From positions 15,996,001-16,060,000 of the forward strand of contig CM120642.1 in NCBI GenBank assembly GCA_051362555.1: a stretch of DNA of 64,000 nt. The letters are read 5' to 3'. The stretch comes from Lingula anatina (Eukaryota; Animalia; Brachiopoda). Under the pieces are notes generated by a model. The model saw nothing but the letters and a program-made list of their open reading frames with translations, was not told the DNA's origin and ran no database searches. The position numbers and the translations under genes were made by a program. Below, piece by piece: positions 1 through 14,800 of this stretch. The first letter of the stretch is position 1. Each line of letters opens with the position of its first letter.

Positions 1-1225
1 CCCCCCCCAGATACACACAGACACATTACAAAGGGCCAAAGCATCCTACACAGGAGTGCAAGATTGACATTCTTTTCTTAAAAATATCAACAATAAAATT
101 TAAGATGAGAACAGGGTTTAAAAACTTTATGCCTTAAGCTACCAGAGCACAACTTCTCTCAGGAAGCAGACACTGTGGCAGACAGACTGAACATGGAAAA
201 TCCGCAGACACGAAAAAATAAAATAAATCAAATGGCCCAGTCCATTCCTAAACTAGATATCTTGAAGCTAGAGTATGCTGATATTTGTGGAAGGGTCCAA
301 GTCACACAGAAAAAGAAATAAATAACAGCTCAAAATCAGACCAATCCTTACAATGAGAATGCCTGCCCGCAGGTACACATAGTTGAATCCAAGGCCATAT
401 CACCACAGCAACATCCATCTAGAAATGAACTCGTTTCCCAGTAAATGACCCAGGACAGCTTGAGAGCAGACGAGATGGCCTAGTCTCTAGAAGACTGGGA
501 CCTCTAGCTAAAGGTTACTGTGCCAGTTTCCTGGGAAACAGCTCAGGCCATGACCGCAGTTGAACTTCATCAACGGTGCAAATAAAGACGAAGCCCCTGA
601 TCTATTGTTGCAGAAGTAATTAATCAGAGCTGCAGTGTACTTTATTTAATTTGCCCGTAATAACCTGGCCTTTTTATCATCTTTACCTGAGGTGAGTTGA
701 TGAAACTGAAGCTAACAATGAAAAATCTAAAGCTTCGATCTTGAAATATTTTATTTCTCATACACTGACTGGGACAAATGACTCATCTAATCTAAAGCAA
801 CTTCTCTTAATTAAAAAAAACAACAACAACAACAACAAAAAAAAAAAAAAAAAAACAAATTAAAAATAAAAATTATAAGAAGGGTCAAGTGACTTTGAAT
901 ATGAAACTGACTGACATGTCATGACAATTGCACAGAAAGTAAAAAACATCCACTTTTTTGACAAAAGGTTTCACCTTTAGTTTTTTATTATTTTTTTTAA
1001 TTTTGGAGATCCTTACTTGAAAAGTAAAGAAAAATAAGTTAATTTAATAATTCAACACATATATTATCCCTCATTGCCAAGTACTAAGTACTTCTTTTCT
1101 TCATGAAGGCTTTGTATGATTTATGTAAGAAAGACAATAATCTACTGTGTAATCTTATAAACAAATTTATTTCCAAAAAGGAAATCCTATTTTACGTGTA
1201 CCTTTTAATCATGATCATTTAATTA

Positions 1226-1452
1226 GCTGTGTTCACAACAGATCTAACATGCACAAAAGATAATCTAGCCGGCATCACCAGATGAATAAAGTTCTTAAAT
1301 TAGAATTTTGAACTGTTCAGCACCACTAGAATCCTCTATGTAATTCTAGTCATCTCATGATTTCAGCTGGACCATGGAAAATTAAAGGATAGCCTTAAAT
1401 TTCAATGGTTGGACCAGAAGTGTGTCTAAGTTAGTCTGTTTGTGAACACATC
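1226..1452. mobile_element. Degenerate MITE
   Basis: Inverted ends TGTGTTCACAACAGATCTAAC / GTTAGTCTGTTTGTGAACACA. Confidence 0.4.
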
Positions 1453-2745
1453 CTCAAAGAACCATTTTTGAAATGGAATAGTCCAAACTGCTATTACGTA
1501 ATAAAGGCCTATGATATGTAATTGTTTGGACTACAACACAAAGCAGACACAATGCACAAATCAACCTATACAAGTGTTGAACTAGTCCAGCCAGCAGGCA
1601 CCTTATATTAGGACAGCAGGTGTCTCATTAATCGCCTCATTTCAGACAGGTTGACCATTTTATGACCTAGCTAGAGAGCCCGACTACCACTTAATGGACT
1701 TGTCCAACACAGATACCAGACACTGTCCTGTCTTCTGTGTCATGACCACAAAATGTCCCAGATTTTGCTACCTGGCTGGCCTAGAAAGTGGTGTGCCGGT
1801 AATTCATTATGATGAATGTTGCATCATTGTTGTCTGGAGGCCACAGATAATTGCCTAATGTGGGCCAAGAACTTAGCTTACACATGTCAAACCCATGCAC
1901 ACCATAATCTGAAAACTGAAATTTGAGGAATTTCTCACTGTCCTTGACCTATTAGAAATTTTATTTGAAATGAAACAATACTCGTTAATCAGTTTATAAT
2001 AACTCAGGAAACTGATATTCAATACATATCTCAAGAATGTAACAACTTAATTGAATCCAATTCTTCTGAGCCACTAAAGCCATAATCCTTTTTTTCATTC
2101 CACTTCCTAAAATCATTCGATACCTACATTACACAAAGACTATATTTGGCAACAGAAATAATCAAAGGTTACCTAAGATTAAATGATCAATAATGAGGCC
2201 AGGTTATTTAAATAGAACCACCTCCTTCTATTGCAGGTATGCAAACAGCAGGTGTAAGCTCTGTATCTATGTCAATCCCATTTATACCTGTACTAAATAA
2301 AAGTGTGTAAGATGGTAAAGCAGGTAGAAGATGCTTGATAAACCCCCCCCCCCCCCCGCCCCGCCTCCCAGTCGGGGGGGGGGGGGGGGGGGGAGGTTTA
2401 TAAGGAGAGGGGGCATCCATGTTAACATTTACTGAATGGATTTTTCCTTTAAAATTACAGGTTTAGTATAAAACAAGTGAACAGAAAGATTATTCTTTGC
2501 ACATTTTGTAATGAGTACTTCAGTTCAAACTATAAAATTGTGATCAATAAGTTTCTTGGATGAATCTTCACCTATACGTTACATCCCCTCCGATCCACAT
2601 CTGTCATATGGTCAATTAATTCTATTCTGTATTTGAACACTCAAAAAGAAAATTATTTACTGGAGGAAGAAAACCCATTTCAACCTTTCACAATGTGGGT
2701 ATTGCATCAAGCTGCTATTTTCTGCTGTAAAATCTATTTTCGTGA

Positions 2746-2789
<44 letters not shown>

Positions 2790-3875
2790 GCAGCAGCAGT
2801 CTGTTAAAACCAGACATCCACAACAAAACCCTTGCTAACCAACTCTCCACACACTCATCAAATTAATTGTCAGAGAATCATTAACAGCTGACTGCCTCCA
2901 CAAATGCCATCATCTTGCAGAACTAATGGCTCCATTTAGAGATGTAATAACATAAGATCTATTGACTGCGGCTTCAGATGAATAATGCCTTCTACATGCA
3001 CTACATCTACCCGATAATGCAGAATGAACAGGCTCATTTCTGATCCGAGTTTTCTTCTGAGACTCTTTGTCTGAGCCTAAGGATGCAGAAAATCAAAGTG
3101 CTGATGTACTCTATGGCCAAAGTACAGATATCAATCTGAAAAATTGTTCTGATTAGCAAAGGACAAATAAATAATGAAAATGGGATAAGCATGAACTTAA
3201 ACTTGTACATAAGGGGCTTATTTCCAATGCCATGGAGTTCATTTTGACTTACAACTATAAAACAGTAATTTCAAGATCTGACCAATTTTAAAACATATGT
3301 ATGCACACCCACTCACAGACATACAACCTGTAGTTTTTACTGTTGCTGTCCATTTATGCAAAACTACCCAGTATGTAGCAGATATCTGCCCCTCCCTTCA
3401 AAATAAAAAAAAAAAAATGATATGAGCAAAAACATTGAGAAAATTCATCTTGTACCTTTGATATTGACCATGCTATATTCATGATTAAAATTGTACTGTA
3501 ATCATCAGAAAGAGTGATATTAAAGTCTTCACTGACAGACTAACTTCAGTGACTATAAAACAATCCTTTACTTCAAACCAATTTTTGACATCCTGATGCC
3601 AGACTGACCTGATTATGTATAATATTATAATAACACTGAGAACGTCACGCCTGATATGATCTGAAACTAGAAAGTACTGTGAACTTATTAAGAGTACGGC
3701 AGTACTATATATGCATGCCACCTGACTCCCCCATCACATAAAAAAATGGAGTGAACTTGCTCGATTAATCAATCTGACCACATCCTTCACAACACCGTCT
3801 AAATGTCAGCTGACTAGCCTAGTAGGAAATCTCCACTCTTGCAGCCTTTATCTGCTACCGAACAAACTTTAAAAT

Positions 3876-3922
3876 CTGACCGTCTTCCGGAAGACCCAGA
3901 AGACGCCCTAAATCCGCCCCTG
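3876..3922 (+). mobile_element. Truncated end of the CAGGGG-terminal MITE family
   Basis: CTGACCGTCTTCCGGAAGACCCAGAAGACGCCCTAAATCCGCCCCTG is nearly identical to 40149-40195. Confidence 0.65.
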
Positions 3923-4888
3923 TGTTCAATGCACATTTCTCAGTATTTTTCCACTTTGTAACCCCTTTACAGTCTGCTGCCAAATTGTTCCTTACATGAG
4001 TGCTTGATGTTATGCAGTTGTTTTACAGGGGTTAGAAGTTATGAAAAAATCAAATGTTGGGAATGGCACAACTGTGGGGAAAATTATCATGGGAGTGCGA
4101 ACATGAAAAAGAAACAAGATAATTAAAATGAAAGATATAAAGGGACTGTGACTAAATTACAGTATGATGAAAAACCTACAAATTGTGACCTAGGATTATA
4201 CAGACATTCTGGATATTTGTCACAAGTTCAAAATACAGAATCCCTCTTTCCATCTCCTCGTGGGTTGAGGGGAGAGTATTATATACATTTTACTGTCGAC
4301 TTAATGAACTAAAAATAATACATGAATAATGAAGCAACTTAAAGTTTGAAAGGAAATGAGAATTAAGTCATTTTCTCCTGATATTATGAAGGAGGCTTCT
4401 AAAAGATGAAACTGGTTAAAAACAAACTGCATGATCATCAACACACTGAATAGAAACCCTTTGAATATAACAAGTCCCTATAAACAATATCATATCTGCA
4501 TTGATATATACAATACACACACAGTCAACCACTATAGGCATTAGGTAACAGCTGATTGTAAATATGGAATACTCTACCCTTTCTGCACTGTAAGCACACA
4601 CCAATGACTTTGATGGGACATCCCTGCCAAGCCATGGATGATCTTTTTGCACTCTTTTTGCAAGAGTGCATAAAAGTAATTATAGAATAACCTAATGATA
4701 AAAGTTACTGTAATGGGGAAATACCACAGCTCCACAGTGAAGAGGGTGAAGGGTCCTTACTCCTTAACTTCCATCGTTTAAACCCAACAAACTGATGATC
4801 TGTGTGCTACATTTCAGGAAGACAAATTCAGTTATTTCCTGTTTCACATGCAACTGAACACTAGCAAGTCAATGATATTATATATTAA

Positions 4889-5032
4889 CAGGCCAGTAAC
4901 CATGCAACAATATTAAGGGGAAGATGGTTCTTTCAAGTACTTAATCAAATTTTACCCAGAGCGGACCTTTTCCCCCAGCAAAAAGAGCTGTTCCTTCAAA
5001 CCACCTGCACCCCCCCCTTGGGTATATGCCTG
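4889..5032. mobile_element. Small CAGGC-terminal MITE
   Basis: CAGGC...GCCTG termini with 5-bp duplication ATTAA on both sides. Confidence 0.45.
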
Positions 5033-5539
5033 ATTAAACTGTAATGAAGACATTTATTTTAATATTCAGTTATTCCCTGTTTCACATGCAACTTAACACT
5101 AACAAGTCAAAGATATAAAGATATATTTATTATTTTAATTGTAATGATCACTTATGTCACCTCCCTGTATTTAAAAAAAACAACAGTCTATCGTCTCTGT
5201 CTGTGACCTCTGCGCACTGTTACAGCACTAGTGCCAACCTCTGCGCACTCCCAGCTTTCCATTTCAAACCCTTTTTGCACTTTTCACATTCCGTCCCCAA
5301 CCTTTGCGTACCTAAGCTAGCATTAATAACCATGAACAGCTGAGCAGCAGGGAGGATAGATGAAGTCAGACATGATGTTTACGATGGTTGTGTTTGCCAG
5401 CTGTTGTACTCGGGAAAGCCACATACCACATAATATGTAATCTGTGTCCCACATATTACCTACTCAATTTTTCTTACTTAAGAATACAAAATCCAGCTGG
5501 TAATCATTTCATATCATGATGGCTAGAAAAAAAATGCAG

Positions 5540-6720
5540 CAGTGCTGTCAAATGTACAGACAAAAAGCAGAAAATAATGATGCACAAAATAGGCTACTGT
5601 CAATTCTGATGTAATAATACATTACGCTTAACAGCAAAGTCAACACCAACTTTCAATTATGCACAACAGGTAATACAAATGTTAGTAAAATGTGTAACTA
5701 GCATAAAGCTAGCATGAGAATTCAACTTGACACTTTGAATATGCCAGAATGAGAAAATGAAAATTTCACAAATAAATTGCATTAATTCAAGAAAAAAGCG
5801 ATAATCCAATTGAGCTGGTTTTCCAATTTGAGCTGTATGTTAATCCTAGGAATCATCCTTGCAAGTTACAAAACAATAAGTACCACAACTTTCTTTGCAT
5901 AACTTTTGTGGTGGCAGTGCACAAAGCTGTTTTTTTTGTCCACTTTGATGCAATATTACATACTGATTAACAGCATAATCAGAACCAATTTTTAATTATC
6001 TACTATACATTACACGGATATTCAGAAAACTTGATTACCATTTTGCTTCATGTCCATGAGAGTTCTATGCCATAACGTGAAAAACAAAAATTTCATAAAG
6101 AACTGCATTGCTTCCAGAGGAGAATTCAATTATACTGGTTTTCATTTTAGTCCTATGAATCTTTTCATTAAGTTTGAGAATTGTAAATAAGGTGGTCATT
6201 ATGGCAGCAATGCCTAAAATATGGTTTTATTAAATTTTGACCATCAATTTTAGAAATAAAATATCAGTATCATGGATATTCAAAAAATGTGACTAGCAAA
6301 GGTCTTCAAGCCCATGGAGGTACAAAGTCACACCTTAAAAATGCCAATATGTGAAAACTTGAAATTTCACAGAAAAACTATAATACTTCCAGAAAAACAA
6401 ACCAATCAGACTTGTTTGCCAACTGAAGCTGTATTTTAGTCCTGTTTTTATTCTGTAAGTTTGAGAGTAGTAAATGGTTTTCCTTAGATGGTCACAATGA
6501 CGGCATTGCCCCAAATAGGGGTTTCTTCAATTTCAGTGCAATATGACATAATGTTTAACAGCATAATCACCATTAATATTTAATTACACACTTCAAGTAA
6601 CAATTTAATGTAATTTAATCAAAACCAAATCAATCCTGATAATATTATAACTTGATCTGAACATTAGTGCTATGAATCAGTCCTGCAAGTTTTATAGCAA
6701 AATATGGCACATCTGTGTCT
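5540..6720 (+). repeat. Dispersed ~1.1-kb repeat with internal subrepeats, copy 1
   Basis: Reverse-complement similarity to ~27995-28960 (e.g. AATTCTGATGTAATAATACATTA vs TAATGTATTATTGCATCAGAATT; TGCCAGAATGAGAAAAT vs ATTTTTCTCATTCTGGCA). Confidence 0.65.
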
Positions 6721-7987
6721 GTACATAAAAAGATATCCCTATGAAATATACTGTTAAGTATTAAGTGCAAACAACATTATGTTAAAAAATACACTTTTCA
6801 TCATTTCAGTACCTTTTTTGTTTTCATTAACAAGTCTGCTCTTTCACAACAGAATACTAGACAGCAAAGCTGGCAAATATACAGATACCAAACAGCCAAA
6901 TAAATAAGTTTAAAAATGATTAAAAAAAACAGTGCACCAATGCTTAGAAAAAAGGAAAATAAAGACAAAATGAAGAAATAACCTAAATGATTGTGCCCAT
7001 TTTCAAAAGAAACCGTTTTTTTTTTTTTCCTAAACAAAGCCACTGAACAAACGTTAGTGAAATAGAAATAGGTTTGGGACTTATGAGGTGAACGGTGATA
7101 AAATATTTGAAAAAAAAAATTAATATCTTTTGTTAAAAATAATCCAATCAAATTTACTTTCAAAAGAAAGCTGCCTTATTAAAATAAAAAGTCACTCAAA
7201 TATGAAGTAAAACAAAAATATGGTTTGGTACTTTTAAGTGAAGAAAATGGGTTATTGTGCATTACTATGATCTCTTCCGTTTTTCAACTTCAGTACAAAG
7301 TATGTTCTCCCATACACGTGAACTATACAAATTATTCAATTTCAGGATATGAATACCTGAAATACACTCTGCTTAGAACAACAAGGTGTAAAGAAATCCT
7401 GCCATCTGAGCGTGTAATCACAGATGTTATGACCAAGTCCTGTTTTGATTCCTTCAGAAGCCTAGCTAGTGAAACCACAGCTAGCGCGTAGTTTCGTTTC
7501 CCCATTCAGAATCAGTCCAGAAACCAAGTGGAAATTTCCATTGAAGCACATAGTGCAGTTTAATCAAGTACACTGCTATCTTAGCACTTCGTATGACAGT
7601 GGCAGGCAAGACAAAAGAGGGACTATGCTGGTCAACACAAACAATACAGTCACAGTTAACACATTTAATGTAGTTGTAGCAAATATTCACTACTGTCACA
7701 TCTAACACATTTTGTTTAATTTCACCAAGGTCATTCAATGTAGTCACACTAAACGCCTTCTACATGCTCACCTAACACATCTAATAGCTATTTTCTGCAG
7801 AGGTCTGAAAACTCAATCTTTGAAAAATAACGAGAGTGAGTCTACAAAAAGCAGCATACCCCGCTCCAAAATGCACTTTAAAAATACTACTTGTATGCAC
7901 ACAGTGCAGACATCATCTTTCTTCTCATCTTATTCCCACAGAGTAAATCCCAGGTAATCCACTGGAATATATCAGAATACAACCTAC

Positions 7988-8858
7988 CATTTTAGGCTGG
8001 TCCCTGCTCTGGTATGTAAAGTCCAGTTTGTGTCCAGAGGGTCCTTGGGCCAAGGCTATGGGCAGTAATTGGTCAGATGGGACGATGTGACCTGAGGGGG
8101 AAAATAAACAACACTGTATAAAATAGTCTATTAATAAATTCAAAGTACAATTAAGCTGGACTAATATTAGGTGGGGATGACTGCATTTCATGGTCTCTCT
8201 CTCCAGTCTGGTTTTATGGAAATTTTTAAATATTAATTTGCTTCCAGTTTAAAAATTAAAACCATCATCGGGACCAAATATAACATAAAGTTGAAACCTT
8301 TTGATAATTTTGATAATCTTTGATAATCAGTTGTATAAAGATATTATTAAGTTGTCAAAAGCACTGTTATCCTCATTGTTCTCTTATTGATAAAGACCAC
8401 TTCTAATCTATGCTTCAACTGACCACAAGAGAAACTGTGAATCCTATCTGCAGAGGCACCTGCCGCCCTGAACAGCTGGTCTTCAAACTCTGAGATCTGG
8501 AGGAAACATTGAGGTTTGTGTCAAAGCACATCATTCCACAAATAAAGATTCATAAACTTACCAAATGTTCCCAAATTATAAAGTACAATGCCCATTGCTC
8601 TACTAAATCTCTCTCTCTTTCTCGTTAAATTACAAACTCAGATGAACTGATGGCATCTAACAATAATCTTAAATCTTCATTTCTTCATGAAAACTCAAAA
8701 GAAAGGGTAAGTGACATTACAAATATAATATTTCAGCACAGGTAATATAATTATTAATAAGAATAATTAAAGTAATTAAAAATTTTAAAATATTGCATGG
8801 TTAATTCTATTTATTCATAGGATTCCGAATCAACCCAAGTGGGTCTCTAGAACTTTGA

Positions 8859-8892
<34 letters not shown>

Positions 8893-11800
8893 GTCTCATG
8901 AACTCCTACTCACTGGTTTCATGGTTCCTCCAGCCACTATGACTGCCCTGGCCTCACTGACCACGCTGGAGAAATGGACTGCTGGGTTGAGCAGGAGGAA
9001 TTTCAAACTGGATTGGCTCAATACACCTGCAGATTAAACATTTCTGAAATTCATGTCCGTTTTCTAATTTTATTTATTTTGGTTAACTGATCTTTGTAGC
9101 ATGTTAAGATGCAAATACCAAGAATGAGCTTCATAAAAACCATTATTTTTTTTTAAATATATCATTGGAAAAGTTTATATAAACAAACCATTTGGTAATA
9201 CATAAGCATTGTGATTTTGTTCAGCAAACATTATGAGAGGCAATTTTTTCCAAAATTAAAAATTTTCGGTTTTTAGCTATCACTACAAAATACAAGACTT
9301 TTAAATCATAACAAGATGTATTATTAGGACAATGCATGAAATGTTGGAATATGAAGCTTAAAGTTCATTAAAAACAATTAGTAGAAAGAAGTTATCCTCA
9401 CTCTGCCTGTTAACGACAATCCTCCCGTCCTTGTCTGCCGTGGTCAGTGCAGCCAGAAACCCCTCAATGTGCATCAGGGGGGAAGCCAGGGTGGCAGGGG
9501 ACGGTGGGGGGTGGTCTGGACCACTAGAGCTTTCTACACAGATGCAGAGTGAAAAGTTAGCACAATTTCCTTTAACTTCATAATTTATTGGTTGTCTCTG
9601 AGGTATAGGTATGATTATGAGAAAAAAAACTGTAATAGGTTAAGTGGTTCTGAATCATTGAAACTTGTTAGAAATATTAAATTTGGAGTGTAATGAAAAT
9701 GTGTGCATTGGCAGTAAATGTTATCTCTAAAATGTTGCTGAAATTACAAAAAATTATTCATAATAATATTAAGTTTCTTTATGATGCTACATTTCATTAA
9801 AATCTTAAAATTTGTCTTACATCACTTACAAAATATCAAAACTGGAAATTAAATCCATACAAAGGCAGTCTAAACTTATATCTGCTTTCAAACAATTCAT
9901 AAAAATACACTAAGATTATCATAAGAAGAAGATGAATTAAAAAAATTACTTATTGTTGAATTGAACACATTCCACATAGTAAAAGGTCACTGCAGCATGC
10001 ATCAAGTTGTAGTTCACTCGTCCAAAATAACAGAAACTTAATGACACAATATGCCTCACCTTCTACTGGTGTTTCTTTAGTTGCACTTTTGGTTTGGATT
10101 TCCTTCAAAAATTTGGTCAAGGAGGATTCTTTAGGTTTCTCTTCAACTGAAAAATTTAATTAAAAATTGATTTGTTTTATAATCTTTAAACCTCAAAACT
10201 AAGTAAATGATAATATAATAACAACAAAAGATAAATGCCTGGATGAGATAGTCCATCAAACAAGAATGTAAGCTAATGAACACATGTGAAAAATGACATT
10301 CAAATATTCTTTACCTGGTTTGACAAAGACTGGTTGGTACTTTTCCACAAACCCATGCAACTGGAAAATGGTTATAATTATAATGAAAAATAAAAAATAA
10401 ATGCAACTGTTATAATTTCAATTCGAACAACAATTTATAAAATACTTCTTGAGGCAAATGGGTATGAGTAAATAATCTAAATTGACATTAGTCAAAACTT
10501 TATGTTACTGTTTACGTTTACTGCTACGTGTAGTTCACCCAGCCACCAATTGATTGCAATTTAGGAATCCATATCCAATGGACTCAAAGTCTGTATAAAC
10601 ATGTTATGCCATGAATACATACCTTTTTGGATATCTGGCTTTTCTCACAGTATTTGAGCACTTTGAAGAGGTTGAGGTTGTCCAGCTTGGAACTGAACAA
10701 GAAGTCATTTATACTCTGTAGCTTGGTATCCACAAGTCTGGAGTGCTGGCTCTCTGCTGGGATACCAGTCTGGCCTAACAGGTGATATAACACCAAAATA
10801 TGTCACATGTCAGTGATGTAAGGACTGCCATTGGCCTCAAATAGTATGACAAAGGCTGGCGTTATTTATGAGCATGTTCGTAATTTTAACTCACAGTGAA
10901 ATATATTTAACTTACTCAGCATAGAATACCGGGAAACCATATGAATCAAAAGAGGTACTTTATATCAGTGTTGTAGCTTTGGTCATGCACGTACCCCCTA
11001 CCTACTGTTCACAAGATTTTCATCCCAGGTATTTTAAACAACACCCCTCCCCCCCCCCAACACACACACGCACGCACGCACGCACGCACGCGCACGCACA
11101 CACACATACACACACACATTATTCACCCTGTCTTACCTCCCAGGTATTTAATACAAGCTGACAGTATGTGCAGGATCTGTTTGATATACATGAGGTTCTT
11201 AGCCTTGAGACGGGATTGGTAACGAGACTGGTACTGGCACAACTGGGAGTGGGCACGGGTCAACTGGAATGAATTTAACCATGATCATACATGAGTGACC
11301 AAGAGAAGGCATCAATGGCTGTTAAAATTAGAAGTAAATTAATCATATATCACATGAGATTTTACAATAAACAAATGACATTTTTATGGTAAATGTACCA
11401 GTGCAATGATTAATAAGTCACTAATATAACCAAACTGAATCAAAAGTAGAATGTTTGAGAGTAAAAACATCTGCACACAACCACAGTCTTTGATTTAGGG
11501 TAATCTAGTCCACCAGATAATGAATACAAAGTCAACTTTATCCATAAAATTTTCTTGCCTTCTGATAAATTTAAAAATAATTTATTCACAAATTAAGACG
11601 ATCAACTCCAGATGCTGAGCAGAAATAAGCAACTGTTTGAAGACACAATAAATATGGCCATGTTACCAGTACCTGTGACCCCGTGACCTCTGTGCTGTAC
11701 ACATTGTTGATAGTCTCCAACAAGTTGTGGGCTTCATCTATGATGACAATATTCCCTGTCAGCTTGATTCCACACGCCTCCCTGGTAGACTTGTGAAGGA

Positions 11801-14800
11801 GTGTATTGTAGGGCAAAACTACAAGCTGGAATGATTATTAAACATTGCGAAGTGTATAGAAGCATGATATCAAACTTAGTACCAGATATCCCTCAGGATT
11901 GTGGAGTGGTGCTTTGTAGGACAACGCTACCAGCTGGAATATAACAATATGAGCACTAGTAATGTTCCACTAGCTGCATCTAATCTAACAGCACCAATAA
12001 CTACTAAATGCTAATCACAAACATTACATGCACGTACAGTAACATATAGTTACAAAGCAACCTGATACCTAAGGTTGACACCTATCCCTGGTGGACCCAG
12101 AGAAGAGAGGTTTAGGATACAGGTACTATCTCACTACAGGAACAGACAACAGTATTAGTTTTTTACTTTATACTTTCAAGTTCCAGAGGAATGTAAGTGA
12201 AATGAATTTAATATTCAAAAACATTACCATTTGAGATGTGAGTCTAACAAAGTATATAGTAATATCTGTGCCAACCAAAAAAAAAAAAAACAAACAAAAA
12301 AAAAACATAGTCTTAGGATCAAAGTGAACTTTTAAGAAGACAATATCAACTGTTCTACTACCTGTGCTGCTGGAATGGCATATCTAGTTCCATAGTAAGG
12401 ACACGCCTTCAGCTGCTTCCCAGCACTCACCAGCTCTTCTATATCCTGTACTTCTGACTAATAAGAACATTTGGAAATACTAAAATAAATTGTTTTATTC
12501 TCTATTCAGATAATACATTGCATCTTGTTCAGAATGTAAACTTTAAGAAGTTCACCTGTTTCTCATTTTTAACGACTAATAAACTTACTTAATAAATGAA
12601 ATTGTTCTGCTGGAAAACTCACCAAAGCCTTGTCTCTCAAGTCCAGCATATTTTCCTGTTTGTAGAATGGGCAACTACCAGATAAATTCTTTTTCCTTTT
12701 TGGTTTAGCCTCTCCATCTTTTGCACGTGGTTCTGTAAAACAGAGCGTTGACAAAGAGCATGATATTATTTCTGACTTGATGCTAGACACATACTGCTTA
12801 TCAATTCCAAATATTAGCTGTAAGTTCATTGGAGCTCTTTTTAACTTTATATTTGTCTGTCTGTCTGTTTTTTTTTCCTTTGTGAAACAGTCCTTGAAAA
12901 TCAAACTGTCCCATTTATGCATAATCTTGAAAATTCCCTAAATTGTATTAATTTTTCAATGAAGTATTTTTGATTTATATAGTTTGAATTCTTTGGTACT
13001 TATAACCACAAATATTTTATATAAATTAGTTACTCACATAAACATTGGAGGTTAAAAAAAAACTTTGAAGAAACTTGTCACCATAAATAATGTTATAATA
13101 AAATCATGTCATGTTAAGATCACAATATGTTCAAATTTTGGACATCTTATTGTAAGGTAACTGTTCTCCAACCTTTCTTATTTTTCTGCATCTCCAAACA
13201 GCGATCATTCATCAAGCTGAGGGAGTGGAGTTTTCTCACCACTTTATTGATGCACAAATTCTGAGAAATATACATGATACTGTATATATATAATTATCTG
13301 CTTATATTCAGTTTAAAAACATGCCATAGATAAGTCAAAATGTGTATGTGCAATCTATAACTACTTGAAGACAGGTATATAATTAATGTGAACTTTATCT
13401 CTATTCATTGACAATTACAAAAAATGAAATGCAATAATTACTAGACTCTGTCATGTTTTAGATGAGAATGAAGCCAATTACATTTAAAATATGCATTATG
13501 TCCAGATATATCTTTGATAAATGCAAAAGTTATTTTTCTATGCTGGGCAAAACATATATCAAATATTGGTCAGTGTTTTACTAATGCCGAAGAAGTTCCT
13601 GAGAGGAACAGTCCATGATAACTTACTTGTCTAGAGCCCAGAGCCACTGCCCTAATGTCACTCTGGAATGGACTCTTCTGAACCTCATGTAGAAACTGTG
13701 ACAGCTGGGAGTGGGTTCTGCTGCAAAAGTAAATCTGAAATGGAAAAAAATTAAGTGAGTCATGTTTTTTCTCAGGTAAAATGAAAGATTTACAGTAAGG
13801 GGATTACAATTTTATCTGAAAGTCATTCAGAGAAGGTAGAGTAACTTACTGATAGGTAAATGCATATCAACAGTAATGTTATGTCACCACCTGCTAAAAT
13901 GACAATGACATATTCTCAGCTGAAGAAGTGTAAAGTACACACAGTATTGTAAAGCTTTTGATTTCAACCTTACTTTTGTCACATGCTCATCCTCATCTTT
14001 ATCCTCCTCCTCCTCTGTATCCTCATCTCCTCTTCCTGCCTCCTCGTCACTGTGGTACTCACTCACTACTATCTTCTCATCCTCTTCCTCATCCTCCTCT
14101 TCTGTGCTGGTACCTGTTTTCTCCGAGTTCATTTCCTTCTGGAACTGCTCCCTCAGGTCATCAGAGGCACCTTGGAATAAATAGTCAAATTTCTCCTCTA
14201 GCAGGTCTCTCTGAAAAAGTTGTTTCCAGTTTTTTGAAAGCGTTTTCATAAATGAACAAACTGCAAACTAAATCAACCAACTGATGTGCTCAATGATTGA
14301 ATAACACCAAGATTTTAACAGAAAATAACAATTTCATAACAAACCTAATAATTCATGTCATAATATAAGCAGAAGTTAGGTAGTGGTGCATGTATTTGTA
14401 TCAGATATATTCATATATAAATCAGTCACATGGCCATAAGTAAAACAGGTCTGGACTAAAAAAATGTCCTCCTTCACTTCATATCTTTCCAGGCATCCCT
14501 GGGATATCTTAATAAAGTTTGGTGTTATTCCATGTGATTAAAAAGAAATTTTCAAAGTATCAAATAGCCATCAGGCTATGGAGCTTCATCCACATCAACC
14601 TCTGGTTGCTGATCAACTTACTTTCCGCTTGTTTGACTGTGTCCTCCTTACATTATTCCTGATTTCTTCAAGTTTGGCTTCACGTTTCAGTCTCTTCTCT
14701 CTCTCTTCCTGAGTACATAGAAACAAAAAATATGAATCCCTGTTGCCTTCTATTTTCATTTATTTCAACAAAACAAATAATAATAATTATAAATATTCTA

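Noticed and set aside
2208-2866. ORFs with poly-Pro/Gly (2208-2420) and poly-Lys (2633-2866)
   Set aside because: Translations of homopolymer C/G/A runs in intronic DNA; no domain or splice support.
13958-14251. Plus-strand hydrophobic and Pro/His-rich ORFs
   Set aside because: Antisense shadows of the acidic DDX11 exon 13974-14210.
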